Part shown: in pieces, positions 33,441 to 41,130 of the stretch
Position numbering within the stretch: the first letter of the stretch is position 1
Layout: every line of letters begins with the position of its first letter
Assembly: GCA_013331555.1 (NCBI GenBank)
Contig: DUGB01000001.1
Span: 4,611 to 45,740 of the forward strand
Length of the DNA stretch: 41,130 nt
DNA from: Candidatus Woesearchaeota archaeon
GTDB lineage: Archaea; Nanobdellota; Nanobdellia; Woesearchaeales; GW2011-AR9
Direction: 5' to 3'
The notes under the pieces: generated by a model
What the model was told of the DNA's origin: nothing
What the model saw: the letters and a program-made list of their open reading frames with translations, nothing else
Database searches by the model: none
Program-made: the position numbers and the translations under genes

Positions 33441-33995
33441 ATGGCAACTGTCTTAGATATCGGTGGACTATTTCAAGCGTTTGATTTTGTTTTTCCATTC
33501 CTTTTTGTAACGGTTTTAGTTTTGGCAGTGTTACAAAAAACAAAAGCAATCTCCGAAAGCGCAGCAATTAATGGAATTTTGGGTGTAATCTGTGGATTTA
33601 TGATTATACTTTCCAGAACATTAATTGATTTGATTAATTTTATGATTCCCTGGTTTACGGTGGCAATTGTGTTCATCGTATTGATGTTTTTGATTTTCTC
33701 GTTATTTGGTGCGAAGGAAGCCAACTTCTTAGAAGCGTTGAAAGCTAACGATAAAACCGTTATCTGGGTCATTGTCGGCGTCGGCATTGTTATCCTTGTC
33801 GCAGGGTTAGGAAAAGTGTTAGGACAGAATATTGGTCCGTATTTAGCAAACGAAACTGGAATCACAGATGGTTCGGGTGTAGCGACAGGTAGTTTTGAAC
33901 AGAATGTAACCGCAACACTTTTTCATCCTAAAGTATTGGGGTTGTTAGTCCTCTTTGGAATAGCGATTTTTGCGGTACTGTTGCTGACGAGTTGA
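33441..33995 (+). CDS. Five-TM membrane protein, paralog 3 of 3
   Basis: 184 aa, AFDFVFPFLFVTVLVLAVLQKTKAIS. Confidence 0.65.
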   Translation: MATVLDIGGLFQAFDFVFPFLFVTVLVLAVLQKTKAISESAAINGILGVICGFMIILSRTLIDLINFMIPWFTVAIVFIVLMFLIFSLFGAKEANFLEALKANDKTVIWVIVGVGIVILVAGLGKVLGQNIGPYLANETGITDGSGVATGSFEQNVTATLFHPKVLGLLVLFGIAIFAVLLLTS

Positions 33996-34071
33996 CGGAA
34001 TAATTTTTATATTGTTTAATTACAAGTTTAGTTTATTAGAATCAAAGGTACAAAAAAAGAAAATATGAACT

Positions 34072-34136
34072 ATTTCTTCCTCATTCCCTGTGTTACCGAC
34101 GTTAACTCTTTCACGTTCTCAACGAAGGTTGGAATA
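34072..34136. repeat. Direct repeat, left copy (orphan duplicate of the 3' end of gene 34888-35454)
   Basis: About 92% identical by hand alignment (5 mismatches in 62 nt, last 34 nt identical) to 34890-34954. On the minus strand it reads IPTFVENVKELTSVTQGMRKK-stop. Confidence 0.8.
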
Positions 34137-34200
34137 ATCCAAATAATAGTATGATAAGAAGCGTAAAGTTTAAATAGTTATATAAGTCTATACAACCATT

Positions 34201-34494
34201 ATGCCAGAAATACTTCATCACAAAACGGAACACAAACATATCCTACACTATCCCCAGTTGGATACGGTACTGATGGTTGAAAAATTTATTTATGATCATA
34301 GCGGAGAATTCAAAAAAAAATCTCTTTGGGAACACTTGCCTAAACAAATGATGTATCAAACATTTTGCGTTATTATTGACTACCTTTTGGAATCAGGAAA
34401 AATAGCGGTGGATAGTGAAGGAAAGATAGCGTGGGTTTGGGATCCTGAAGGAGTGAAACGATACTTAGCGAGGAAGGATCTCACGTGGAACTGA
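34201..34494 (+). CDS. Small protein, possible winged-helix antitoxin partner
   Basis: 97 aa. Overlaps the downstream RelE-like gene by 10 nt. No strong motif. Confidence 0.4.
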   Translation: MPEILHHKTEHKHILHYPQLDTVLMVEKFIYDHSGEFKKKSLWEHLPKQMMYQTFCVIIDYLLESGKIAVDSEGKIAWVWDPEGVKRYLARKDLTWN

Positions 34495-34823
34495 ATTCAG
34501 AAGTAAGGTTTGGTGATGAGAATCTTAAGAAAGCTTATCACGAATTGGAAGCCGGCAAGTTTGAAGATAAACAACTCAAAGAGTGGTTAGACAGAGCAGT
34601 TCAAGATTTAAAGAAAAATGCTTTTTCGGGAATTCAAATTCCAAAAAGACTCATCCCAAAAGAATATCACGCTAGATATGGTCCACTAACTAACGCTTGG
34701 AAGTATAACTTGCCTAATGCTTGGAGATTGATTTACACAATCAAAAGAGATGAAGTAGTAGTTTTAAGTGTTGTTCTGGAATGGATGTCACATAAAGAAT
34801 ATGAAAGACGATTTGGATACTGA
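34485..34823 (+). CDS. RelE/ParE-superfamily toxin-like protein
   Basis: 112 aa with a GTG start. The C-terminal signature NAWKYNLPNAWRLIYTIKRDEVVVLSVVLEWMSHKEYERRFGY resembles the RelE/ParE core (W-R-x-I-Y ... H-K-x-Y). Confidence 0.5.
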   Translation: MELNSEVRFGDENLKKAYHELEAGKFEDKQLKEWLDRAVQDLKKNAFSGIQIPKRLIPKEYHARYGPLTNAWKYNLPNAWRLIYTIKRDEVVVLSVVLEWMSHKEYERRFGY

Positions 34824-34887
34824 CTAAAAATACATCCACTGTTATGGTTTTGGAGCAGAAATGATTTTCAGTTTAAACTAAAATAAG

Positions 34888-35454
34888 TTACTTCTTCCTC
34901 ATTCCTTGCGTCACAGACGATAACTCTTTCACGTTCTCAACGAAGGTTGGAATGACATCTTTAAACACTTTGCCGACGGCTTTTAATTCCGTGCCGACAT
35001 CACGCATTCGATTATCGTAATCTTCAAGCTTTCCTAAAACACCTTGATGAAGAATCTTAAAATCGTCTTTTAATTTATCTACATCATGACGCAAAGTACT
35101 GACGGTCTCTTCCATTTTTGTTTTCCATTCAATGATCTTTTTGACTTCGATGATCAGCTGATCCCATTTTTCATCAATGATGCTTTCAGCAATCTCTTCA
35201 ATCCGCCCAGTGAGATCTTCCGTTTGTGGAGGAGGAGCGTACGCGGGAGGTGCTTGAGGGGGATAGTTTTGGGGATAAGAAGATCCATATTCTTGTGGAG
35301 CGTCATATTGCGTCAGCGACATCTGCACTTGATCTTGCGGATAACCTCGTTTAACTAATTCGGCAAGTATCATGGAATCACTCAATCCTTGGTTACGAAG
35401 AAGCTGAATATCTGCAGTAAGACGATTTTGATCCATCGGGGCCATAGTATTCAC
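34888..35454 (-). CDS. Coiled-coil protein with small N-terminal helical domain and Pro/Gln-rich linker
   Basis: 188 aa. IQLLRNQGLSDSMILAELVKRGYPQDQVQMSL, then YPQNYPPQAPPAYAPPPQ, then heptad-like EEIAESIIDEKWDQLIIEVKKIIEWKTKMEETVSTLRHDVDKLKDDF. Confidence 0.6.
   Translation of the reverse strand: MNTMAPMDQNRLTADIQLLRNQGLSDSMILAELVKRGYPQDQVQMSLTQYDAPQEYGSSYPQNYPPQAPPAYAPPPQTEDLTGRIEEIAESIIDEKWDQLIIEVKKIIEWKTKMEETVSTLRHDVDKLKDDFKILHQGVLGKLEDYDNRMRDVGTELKAVGKVFKDVIPTFVENVKELSSVTQGMRKK
34890..34954. repeat. Direct repeat, right copy (functional 3' end of gene 34888-35454)
   Basis: See the left copy. This copy encodes IPTFVENVKELSSVTQGMRKK-stop. Confidence 0.8.
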
Positions 35455-35484
35455 CTGTTTTTGAGTGGAAGTGCTTTTTCCAGC

Positions 35485-35913
35485 TTAATAAATGTTTTCT
35501 GTGTTAGAGGATGCCGGAGGAGTGTTTATGGTAGAGTCAGAGGATTGAAGTTGAGCGAGACGTGCATCAATAGTGCGCTCTAAATCACGCTGGGTGACAA
35601 AATGAAGCGGATTCCAAAAGTCAAGATATTTTTTTAATGTGGCTAATTCTTCGGCTCCGGCAGTACGACGAAGCTCTTTAATGATTAAATCCATTTTTTG
35701 CTGGGTTTGTTCACGTTCATGTTTTAATTCCAGCACATCACTACGGATGCTTTTGAGTTCTTTATTAAAGTCAGTATTTTTCCGGAGGTGGTCGTTCTTC
35801 AGAAGATTAACTTCACGCAACAGAGTGTTAACTTTACTTTCCAGACCTTTAACCCAGACGTAGAGTTGAGCACTGTCATAGGATTGAGTTGTGGAAGTCA
35901 TAGGCTCGGCCAT
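35485..35913 (-). CDS. Coiled-coil protein, hypothetical
   Basis: 142 aa, heptad-rich (LESKVNTLLREVNLLKNDHLRKNTDFNKELKSIRSDVLELKHEREQTQQKMDLIIKELRR). Confidence 0.6.
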   Translation of the reverse strand: MAEPMTSTTQSYDSAQLYVWVKGLESKVNTLLREVNLLKNDHLRKNTDFNKELKSIRSDVLELKHEREQTQQKMDLIIKELRRTAGAEELATLKKYLDFWNPLHFVTQRDLERTIDARLAQLQSSDSTINTPPASSNTENIY

Positions 35914-36011
35914 GTGTAAATAAAGGCAAGAAAGTTAGATAAATCTATGGGAGTATTGTAAAGTAATAACAATTATTTCTTTCCGTCATAGAAACACTAA
36001 TAAAGACTTTT

Positions 36012-38321
36012 ATGCTAGTGCCAAAAGAGATGTTCGATAATGCAAAAGGGTGTTTTGAGTACGAAACGTACCATGAAGGGGAAAACAAAATCCTGCGGAT
36101 TTATTTAGAAAAGTGTGCTTTTCCACCATCAATCGAATATAATGAAACGTGCATGGCGCGGGTGATTGATGCGTTGTTAGAAAACAGCGGCGTAACCATA
36201 ATTCTGTTAACCCAATTGCGCGAATATGAGTACGATTTCAGCCAAACAATGCTGCTGCGGGAAGTTGCGCTGTTGTACAAAAGAATTAACAGAGATGAGC
36301 GGTTTGCATTTTCCCGGCTTGTGGTCGATCCGGTGCATGAACGATACATTCATGGAAGCTATGCACAATTTCAACGCTTGATTTCGAAACGATTGAAAGA
36401 AGATCCTTTTGCCGCTTTTGTGGAGTTGAAACGCTTAGAACGGCGAGAGAAAACAAAACTTGATACTGCCGTCGATGAGCAGCAAAAACAAAGCCAACGT
36501 TTCTTTGTGCAAATGATGGAAGAAGTAACAAAATCAATTGAGCAACTCAAAATAATCGCAATGCTCATGCCGTACAATGCAGAGTACGTTTTGGGCAAAA
36601 GAGAAGTATATGGCAATGTCTTTCATCCCATCACTCGGCCGGATTTTATGTATACAAAGCTAATCTCTGATTTTCCCGATGGTGATTTAGTCGATAGTTA
36701 TACGTTTACCACTGGTAATGATGAGTGCGAGGTTAATGTATTTAATTTTTCAGATGATGTCAAGACAATGTATCATCTCACTCCACCGGAATTTCAATTT
36801 GAAGAAGAAGTGTATGAGTTATTGGATGATGCAAAACGCATCATGGCAGAACACAAGCCGACGCGAGAGGAGTTTGTTGACCCGCAACGGATGCGGGAAG
36901 TTTTCTTTAATATTGGAAAAGACTTACTGCAGGATTTAATCGATCATAAGAAAATGAAGCTGTCGGAAGAAAAAGTAGAACAATTGGCACAGGCATTATT
37001 ACGATATACGGTTGGTTTCGGCTTGATTGAATTGTTATTGGCGGATCCAAAAATACAGGATGTCAATGTGAATTCACCGAACGGAGAATTACCGATCTTT
37101 ATTGTCCATCAAGATTATGGTGATTGTTATACAAATATTTATCCCACTCATCTGGAAGTGGAAAGTTGGGCGACAAAATTGCGTTTGATTTCTGGACGGC
37201 CATTGGATGAAGCAAATCCGATTTTAGATACAGAATTGAAAGTAGAAGGATTTAGTTCAAGAGTAGCGGCGTTGACAGCGCCTTTAAACCCCAGCGGGTT
37301 GGCTTTTTCATTTCGACGCCATAGAGATTATCCATGGACATTTCCTCTCTATATTCAACCAAAGACAAGATACATGAACGATATTACCGCAGGTCTGCTG
37401 AGTTTTCTGATTGATAATAACGCTGCCATACTAATCGCCGGAACGCGGTCCAGTGGGAAGAGCAGTTTATTGGGAAGTTTTCTGGTAGAGATTATGCGCA
37501 AAGCACGGATCATTACAATCGAGGATACGTTTGAATTGCCGCAGGAAGCACTGCGAAAATTAGGATATAACCTGGAATCGTTGAAAGTAGCGTCGGCGTT
37601 ATCTGCACCGGGGTCGGAAGTTGATCCATCTATAGGCATTCGTCCCACGTTACGGTTAGGTGATTCGGCAATTTTTGTTGGTGAAGTGCGCTCGAAGGAA
37701 GCAATTGCATTGTTTGAAGCGATGCGCGTCGGAGCAGCGGCGAATGTTGTGGCCGGAACAATCCACGCGGATTCACCCTATGGTGTTTTTGACAGAGTAG
37801 TGAATGATATTGGTGTGCCACGGACATCGTTTAAAGCGATTGATATTATCGTGGTCACAAATCCGGTTATTTCGGGGTTGAAAAAGTATAAACGAATTCT
37901 GCGGATTACGGAAGTTCGTAAAGAATGGAATGACGATCCGTTGAAAGAAGGTGGATTTGTGGATTTAATGGTATATAATCCATCAACAGATCAACTTGAA
38001 ATTACGGATGAATTGAGGAATGGAGATTCCGATATCCTCAAGCGGATGGCTGGACTGGTAAAAGAGTTTGCCGGCGATTGGGATGCGGTGTGGGAGAATA
38101 TTCAATTGCGGGCGGACTGCAAGCGAGCTATTGTGGAACTGGCAACAGAGTTTAATGACGCCGCTATTTTGGAAGCAGATTTTGTGACGAAAGCAAATGA
38201 TGTGTTTCATTTAGTATCTGATCGAGTGAAAGAGAAGACCGGAAAGCTTGATAGCGGGTTGATTTTTCTGGAATACAACGATTGGCTGAGAAGAGAAGTG
38301 AAGAAGAGGAAGATGGAGTAA
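36012..38321 (+). CDS. Type II/IV secretion-family ATPase (archaeal FlaI/ArlI/PilB-like) with long N-terminal extension
   Basis: Walker A AGTRSSGKSS (aa 476-485), Asp box RIITIEDTFEL, Walker B GDSAIFVGEVRSKEA and His box GTIHADSP. 769 aa. Confidence 0.85.
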   Translation: MLVPKEMFDNAKGCFEYETYHEGENKILRIYLEKCAFPPSIEYNETCMARVIDALLENSGVTIILLTQLREYEYDFSQTMLLREVALLYKRINRDERFAFSRLVVDPVHERYIHGSYAQFQRLISKRLKEDPFAAFVELKRLERREKTKLDTAVDEQQKQSQRFFVQMMEEVTKSIEQLKIIAMLMPYNAEYVLGKREVYGNVFHPITRPDFMYTKLISDFPDGDLVDSYTFTTGNDECEVNVFNFSDDVKTMYHLTPPEFQFEEEVYELLDDAKRIMAEHKPTREEFVDPQRMREVFFNIGKDLLQDLIDHKKMKLSEEKVEQLAQALLRYTVGFGLIELLLADPKIQDVNVNSPNGELPIFIVHQDYGDCYTNIYPTHLEVESWATKLRLISGRPLDEANPILDTELKVEGFSSRVAALTAPLNPSGLAFSFRRHRDYPWTFPLYIQPKTRYMNDITAGLLSFLIDNNAAILIAGTRSSGKSSLLGSFLVEIMRKARIITIEDTFELPQEALRKLGYNLESLKVASALSAPGSEVDPSIGIRPTLRLGDSAIFVGEVRSKEAIALFEAMRVGAAANVVAGTIHADSPYGVFDRVVNDIGVPRTSFKAIDIIVVTNPVISGLKKYKRILRITEVRKEWNDDPLKEGGFVDLMVYNPSTDQLEITDELRNGDSDILKRMAGLVKEFAGDWDAVWENIQLRADCKRAIVELATEFNDAAILEADFVTKANDVFHLVSDRVKEKTGKLDSGLIFLEYNDWLRREVKKRKME

Positions 38322-38377
38322 AATTATTCTTTAATCACACCGAAAATAATAAGAATGAGGGTTATCTTTCGTTACCA

Positions 38378-38734
38378 ATGAAAGTTTGGGGGGGGCTTAT
38401 CTTTTTTACACTAATCCTTACTTCATGCACGGAAAAAGATATGGTTAATAGGTCATCACCAACTACGGAACAGAACGAGTCTCTGGAAAAGTATGTCATA
38501 CAAAAAGAAGCAGAATTACAGCAAGGAAAAAAATCACTGCTTCTTGAAGAATTAAAATCAACAGAGCAGTATCTTATTGGTGTGGCCAACTATGAAATTG
38601 CAGATACAGTTGAGAATTCTCATTATCTTTATCAAAAAACAAAAATCCTGCGCCGACTTCTTGGTCTCCCTCTTAATCAAACATTAGATACCCGATTTAA
38701 TAATTCATTTGGTTTGCAACCACTAAGCAGGTGA
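38378..38734 (+). CDS. Putative lipoprotein
   Basis: The start was set at the ATG at 38378 (MKVWGGLIFFTLILTSC, lipobox LTSC). The upstream part of the tracked ORF overlaps the ATPase gene end. Confidence 0.5.
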   Translation: MKVWGGLIFFTLILTSCTEKDMVNRSSPTTEQNESLEKYVIQKEAELQQGKKSLLLEELKSTEQYLIGVANYEIADTVENSHYLYQKTKILRRLLGLPLNQTLDTRFNNSFGLQPLSR

Positions 38735-38740
38735 TTCTTT

Positions 38741-39148
38741 ATGATGACTACAACAGAACCGTTTATGGCTTTGCTGATTAATGAAGCTAGTTTCACGTAT
38801 CAGATTTTTTTGGTAAATCCGACAGATAACCACTTTTCTTCTGTGATCATGGAAACTGGCGGCTTCTTTACTGATGATTTTGATCATTTAGTGAGTGCCA
38901 GCCAACATACAAAAGAATTAGGAAAGCTGCCAGCCAGAGGAATATTATTTGTGGAAGGTAATAGTTGTGAAGAGTTTGAGATTACAGTCTGGTTTTATTT
39001 TAGATTCAAAGAAGACGCTTCAAACAGTCGGTTATTTTACTGTTCCATCCAAAAATATGCTGCAGGATACAAAGAAAAAAAAGAGTTAATCCCAATTCTG
39101 AACAAAGAAGGAATGATGATAGAATTAAAGCGAAAGATAAAACCTTAA
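38741..39148 (+). CDS. Hypothetical protein
   Basis: 135-aa ORF 6 nt after the lipoprotein gene. No motif recognised. Confidence 0.45.
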   Translation: MMTTTEPFMALLINEASFTYQIFLVNPTDNHFSSVIMETGGFFTDDFDHLVSASQHTKELGKLPARGILFVEGNSCEEFEITVWFYFRFKEDASNSRLFYCSIQKYAAGYKEKKELIPILNKEGMMIELKRKIKP

Positions 39149-39200
39149 ACTGTGGCTATCCCCGTCGCAACAAGCAGGGGGGTTAGACTCATACAGGAAT

Positions 39201-40334
39201 CTATTGTAGCCATTTTTTCTTTAATGTTAAGAACTTATTTTTTTCAATCGCGTCGCGCATTTCTTTCATTAATCGATAGAAAAAAGATAAATTATGATAT
39301 GTCATCAAAGTATAAAATAATAATTCGTCTGCTTTATAGAGATGATTGATATAGGCTTTTGTGAAATTCGTGCAAGTATAACATGGGCAGTATTTATCCG
39401 GAGGATTTTTATCTTCTTTGTAGCGTAGGTTAGTAATCCGCTGGCGGAATTTATTTTCGATCTTTCCGCCACTTTCGGGACGGACGAAGAAATAACCAAC
39501 CCGGGCAAGTCTCGTAGGTAAGACACAGTCAAATGTATCTAATCCTAACTCAACATAGGTAAATAAATCTTCAACTGCGCCGATACCGAGAAGATGTTTT
39601 GTTTTTTCAACGGGAAGAAATTTGAGAGCATGAGCAACAAGCAGACGGCTTTCTTCTTTAGGATCGCCGAAAATACTGCCGATGCCAATCGCATCAAAAG
39701 GCAATGAAGAGATAAATTTGGCACTCTCTTCACGGAGATCGGTAAAACGGCCGCCTTGGACAATGCCGTACAAAGCTTGCTTTTTATCTTTGTTTAGTTT
39801 ACGAAATTCTTTAAGACTGCGTACTTCCCAGGCGTGAGTTCGAGCCAATGATTTTTTTGTGGTTTCGTAATCTGCTTTAATGTCAAGGCATTGATCAAAA
39901 GCAAAAATAAGGTCGGCGCCGAGTTTACGTTGAATCTGGATGGATTTTTCCGGGGTGAAAATATGTTTTGATTGGTCAATATGTGATTTAAATTCAACGC
40001 AGTCATCATTCACGGTGCAAAGGCCGTTGTTGAGGCTGAAAACTTGAAAACCACCAGAATCTGTGAATGTAGATTTATGCCAGCCCATGAATTCAGCGAC
40101 GCCGCCAAATTTATGAACAATTTTTTCACCTGGACGAAGATAAAGATGGTACGTATTACATAAAACCGCATCGAACTGAATTTCGTTAATGTGGGCAGGA
40201 GTCAACGCTTTGACTGTTGCTTGGGTTGCAACGGGAATAAACGCAGGGGTGTGAATTTGGCCGTGGGATGTTGTGATGAGACCTGTGCGAGCATTCGTTT
40301 TGGAATCTTGATGAGTGATGGTAAACTTGAACAT
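39201..40334 (-). CDS. tgt: tRNA-guanine transglycosylase (short, bacterial-length Tgt-type)
   Basis: TPAFIPVATQATVKALTP, FTDSGGFQV, GIVQGG, LLGIGAVEDL and Zn motif CPCYTCTNFTKAYINHL. 377 aa with no PUA extension. The gene ends in TAG. Confidence 0.9.
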   Translation of the reverse strand: MFKFTITHQDSKTNARTGLITTSHGQIHTPAFIPVATQATVKALTPAHINEIQFDAVLCNTYHLYLRPGEKIVHKFGGVAEFMGWHKSTFTDSGGFQVFSLNNGLCTVNDDCVEFKSHIDQSKHIFTPEKSIQIQRKLGADLIFAFDQCLDIKADYETTKKSLARTHAWEVRSLKEFRKLNKDKKQALYGIVQGGRFTDLREESAKFISSLPFDAIGIGSIFGDPKEESRLLVAHALKFLPVEKTKHLLGIGAVEDLFTYVELGLDTFDCVLPTRLARVGYFFVRPESGGKIENKFRQRITNLRYKEDKNPPDKYCPCYTCTNFTKAYINHLYKADELLFYTLMTYHNLSFFYRLMKEMRDAIEKNKFLTLKKKWLQ

Positions 40335-40441
40335 AATGAAGATGTTCTTTGAAGTGTTTAAAAAAGCTGTGGTTGGGAAAAGGTAGTAGAAAATCTAGGT
40401 ATTAAATGTAATAACAGAAATGATTATTGCAGTGCCAAATG

Positions 40442-41029
40442 CTATTTTTCTACTTTGAACATCTTTCCATGGCCGGGGATGATATAATCGGCAGCTTCCA
40501 AGAGCTTTTTTCGACTTTCAATTAATGTCTTCATATTCATGCCTTTTGCTTGTGAATGGTCTTTTTGATGTAAATCAAATATTTGGTATTCATTCTCCAG
40601 AAAGAAAATAACATCACCAACAATAGCTATTTTACCTAAAGAAGTATTAACAATCAGTGAAATATGTTCAAGTACATGTCCAGGTGTTTCGATAATTTCA
40701 ATTTCTTTTCCCAATTCATGCTTGTCAAATTCAGTGAGAATATCATTATTGTACATTAAATTAGTATCAAAAGTAATAAATCTTGCTTTTTCAAAAATTC
40801 CAGCAAGTAAAATATGATCTGGATGCTGGTGTGATAAAAAAACATAATCAATATCAGCAGTTAACAATCTTTCTTTATTGAGTGCCGCTAACAATTTTTC
40901 ACGATTGCAACCAGGATCCGTAATTATTTTTTTATTTTTTGTGGTAACTAAACACGTAGTGGAACTGGCGATCCATCCTTTTTCAATTTTTCTGGCATAG
41001 CCTTCAATCAAAATTTTTACGTCTGCCAT
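40442..41029 (-). CDS. Metallo-beta-lactamase-fold hydrolase
   Basis: LSHQHPDHILLAG (HxHxDH) plus a downstream PGH and C-terminal PGHG. Very AT-rich (a 60-nt spot count gave about 18% GC). Confidence 0.85.
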   Translation of the reverse strand: MADVKILIEGYARKIEKGWIASSTTCLVTTKNKKIITDPGCNREKLLAALNKERLLTADIDYVFLSHQHPDHILLAGIFEKARFITFDTNLMYNNDILTEFDKHELGKEIEIIETPGHVLEHISLIVNTSLGKIAIVGDVIFFLENEYQIFDLHQKDHSQAKGMNMKTLIESRKKLLEAADYIIPGHGKMFKVEK

Positions 41030-41130
41030 AAAAGTTGATGTTCGAAGAATGGTTTATTAAACTTTCTTTGACTAAATGGATCCTTGTCATAACTCATCCA
41101 ATTGAACCTCTACGGACTACGTTGCGACTA

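Larger units (their letters stand above)
34137..34889 (+). mobile_element. Two-gene (wHTH-like plus RelE/ParE-like) cassette bounded by the direct repeats
   Basis: The cassette lies exactly between the two repeat copies (offset 818 nt) and carries its own TATA-like box and two overlapping genes. It encodes no integrase or transposase. Confidence 0.45.

Noticed and set aside
41060-41130. Slightly GC-richer tail with a GGTTCAATT string, examined as a possible truncated tRNA or rRNA end
   Set aside because: No T stem or acceptor pairing fits around the putative T-loop on either strand. The window ends before anything can be confirmed.
1-41130. CRISPR arrays, rRNA genes, IS transposases, integrases
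   Set aside because: No regularly spaced identical repeats with unique spacers were seen. No long GC-rich rRNA-like stretches occur. No ORF carries DDE, Y1 or tyrosine-recombinase motifs that I could recognise.

Overview
This 41.1-kb window comes from an AT-rich archaeal genome. Gene content suggests a small-genome, DPANN-like archaeon (inference): r-proteins L21e and S6e, RNAP subunit Rpo4/F, TFS, the DUF655 protein, Elp3, diphthine synthase, archaeal-type ProRS and FtsZ plus SepF. Most genes have a TTTATAAA-like box 22-30 nt upstream of the start codon, which implies leaderless mRNAs. I count about 50 protein genes and one tRNA. I saw no rRNA, CRISPR array, transposase or integrase. Main points: (1) A 9.4-kb, seven-gene minus-strand operon (19275-28685) encodes only exported, Cys-rich proteins. 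They carry dockerin-like Ca loops, thrombospondin type-3 repeats, Myxococcus-type Cys repeats and CDxxDNDCD motifs. TM-anchored and signal-peptide genes alternate as duplicated pairs. This is the best candidate for an undescribed cell-surface attachment or assembly system. (2) A tRNA-Ser(GCU) with two introns (43 nt near position 37/38, 114 nt in the T-loop) lies under a spurious ORF at 28775-29015. (3) A Bro-N/DinD-like gene (31185-32148) is interrupted by two double-hairpin insertions of about 60 nt, placed 30 nt apart. Their stem sequences recur in a six-hairpin intergenic cluster at 5944-6142. (4) A wHTH plus RelE-like two-gene cassette is bounded by direct repeats of about 65 bp that duplicate the 3' end of the neighbouring gene. 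(5) Three tandem paralogous 5-TM proteins and two coiled-coil proteins sit next to an N-terminally extended FlaI/PilB-type ATPase, with no PilC/FlaJ partner in the window. Base composition is mosaic by hand spot counts, roughly 18-32% GC in some genes and 42-53% in others. All functional calls rest on motifs read by eye; no database search was possible.
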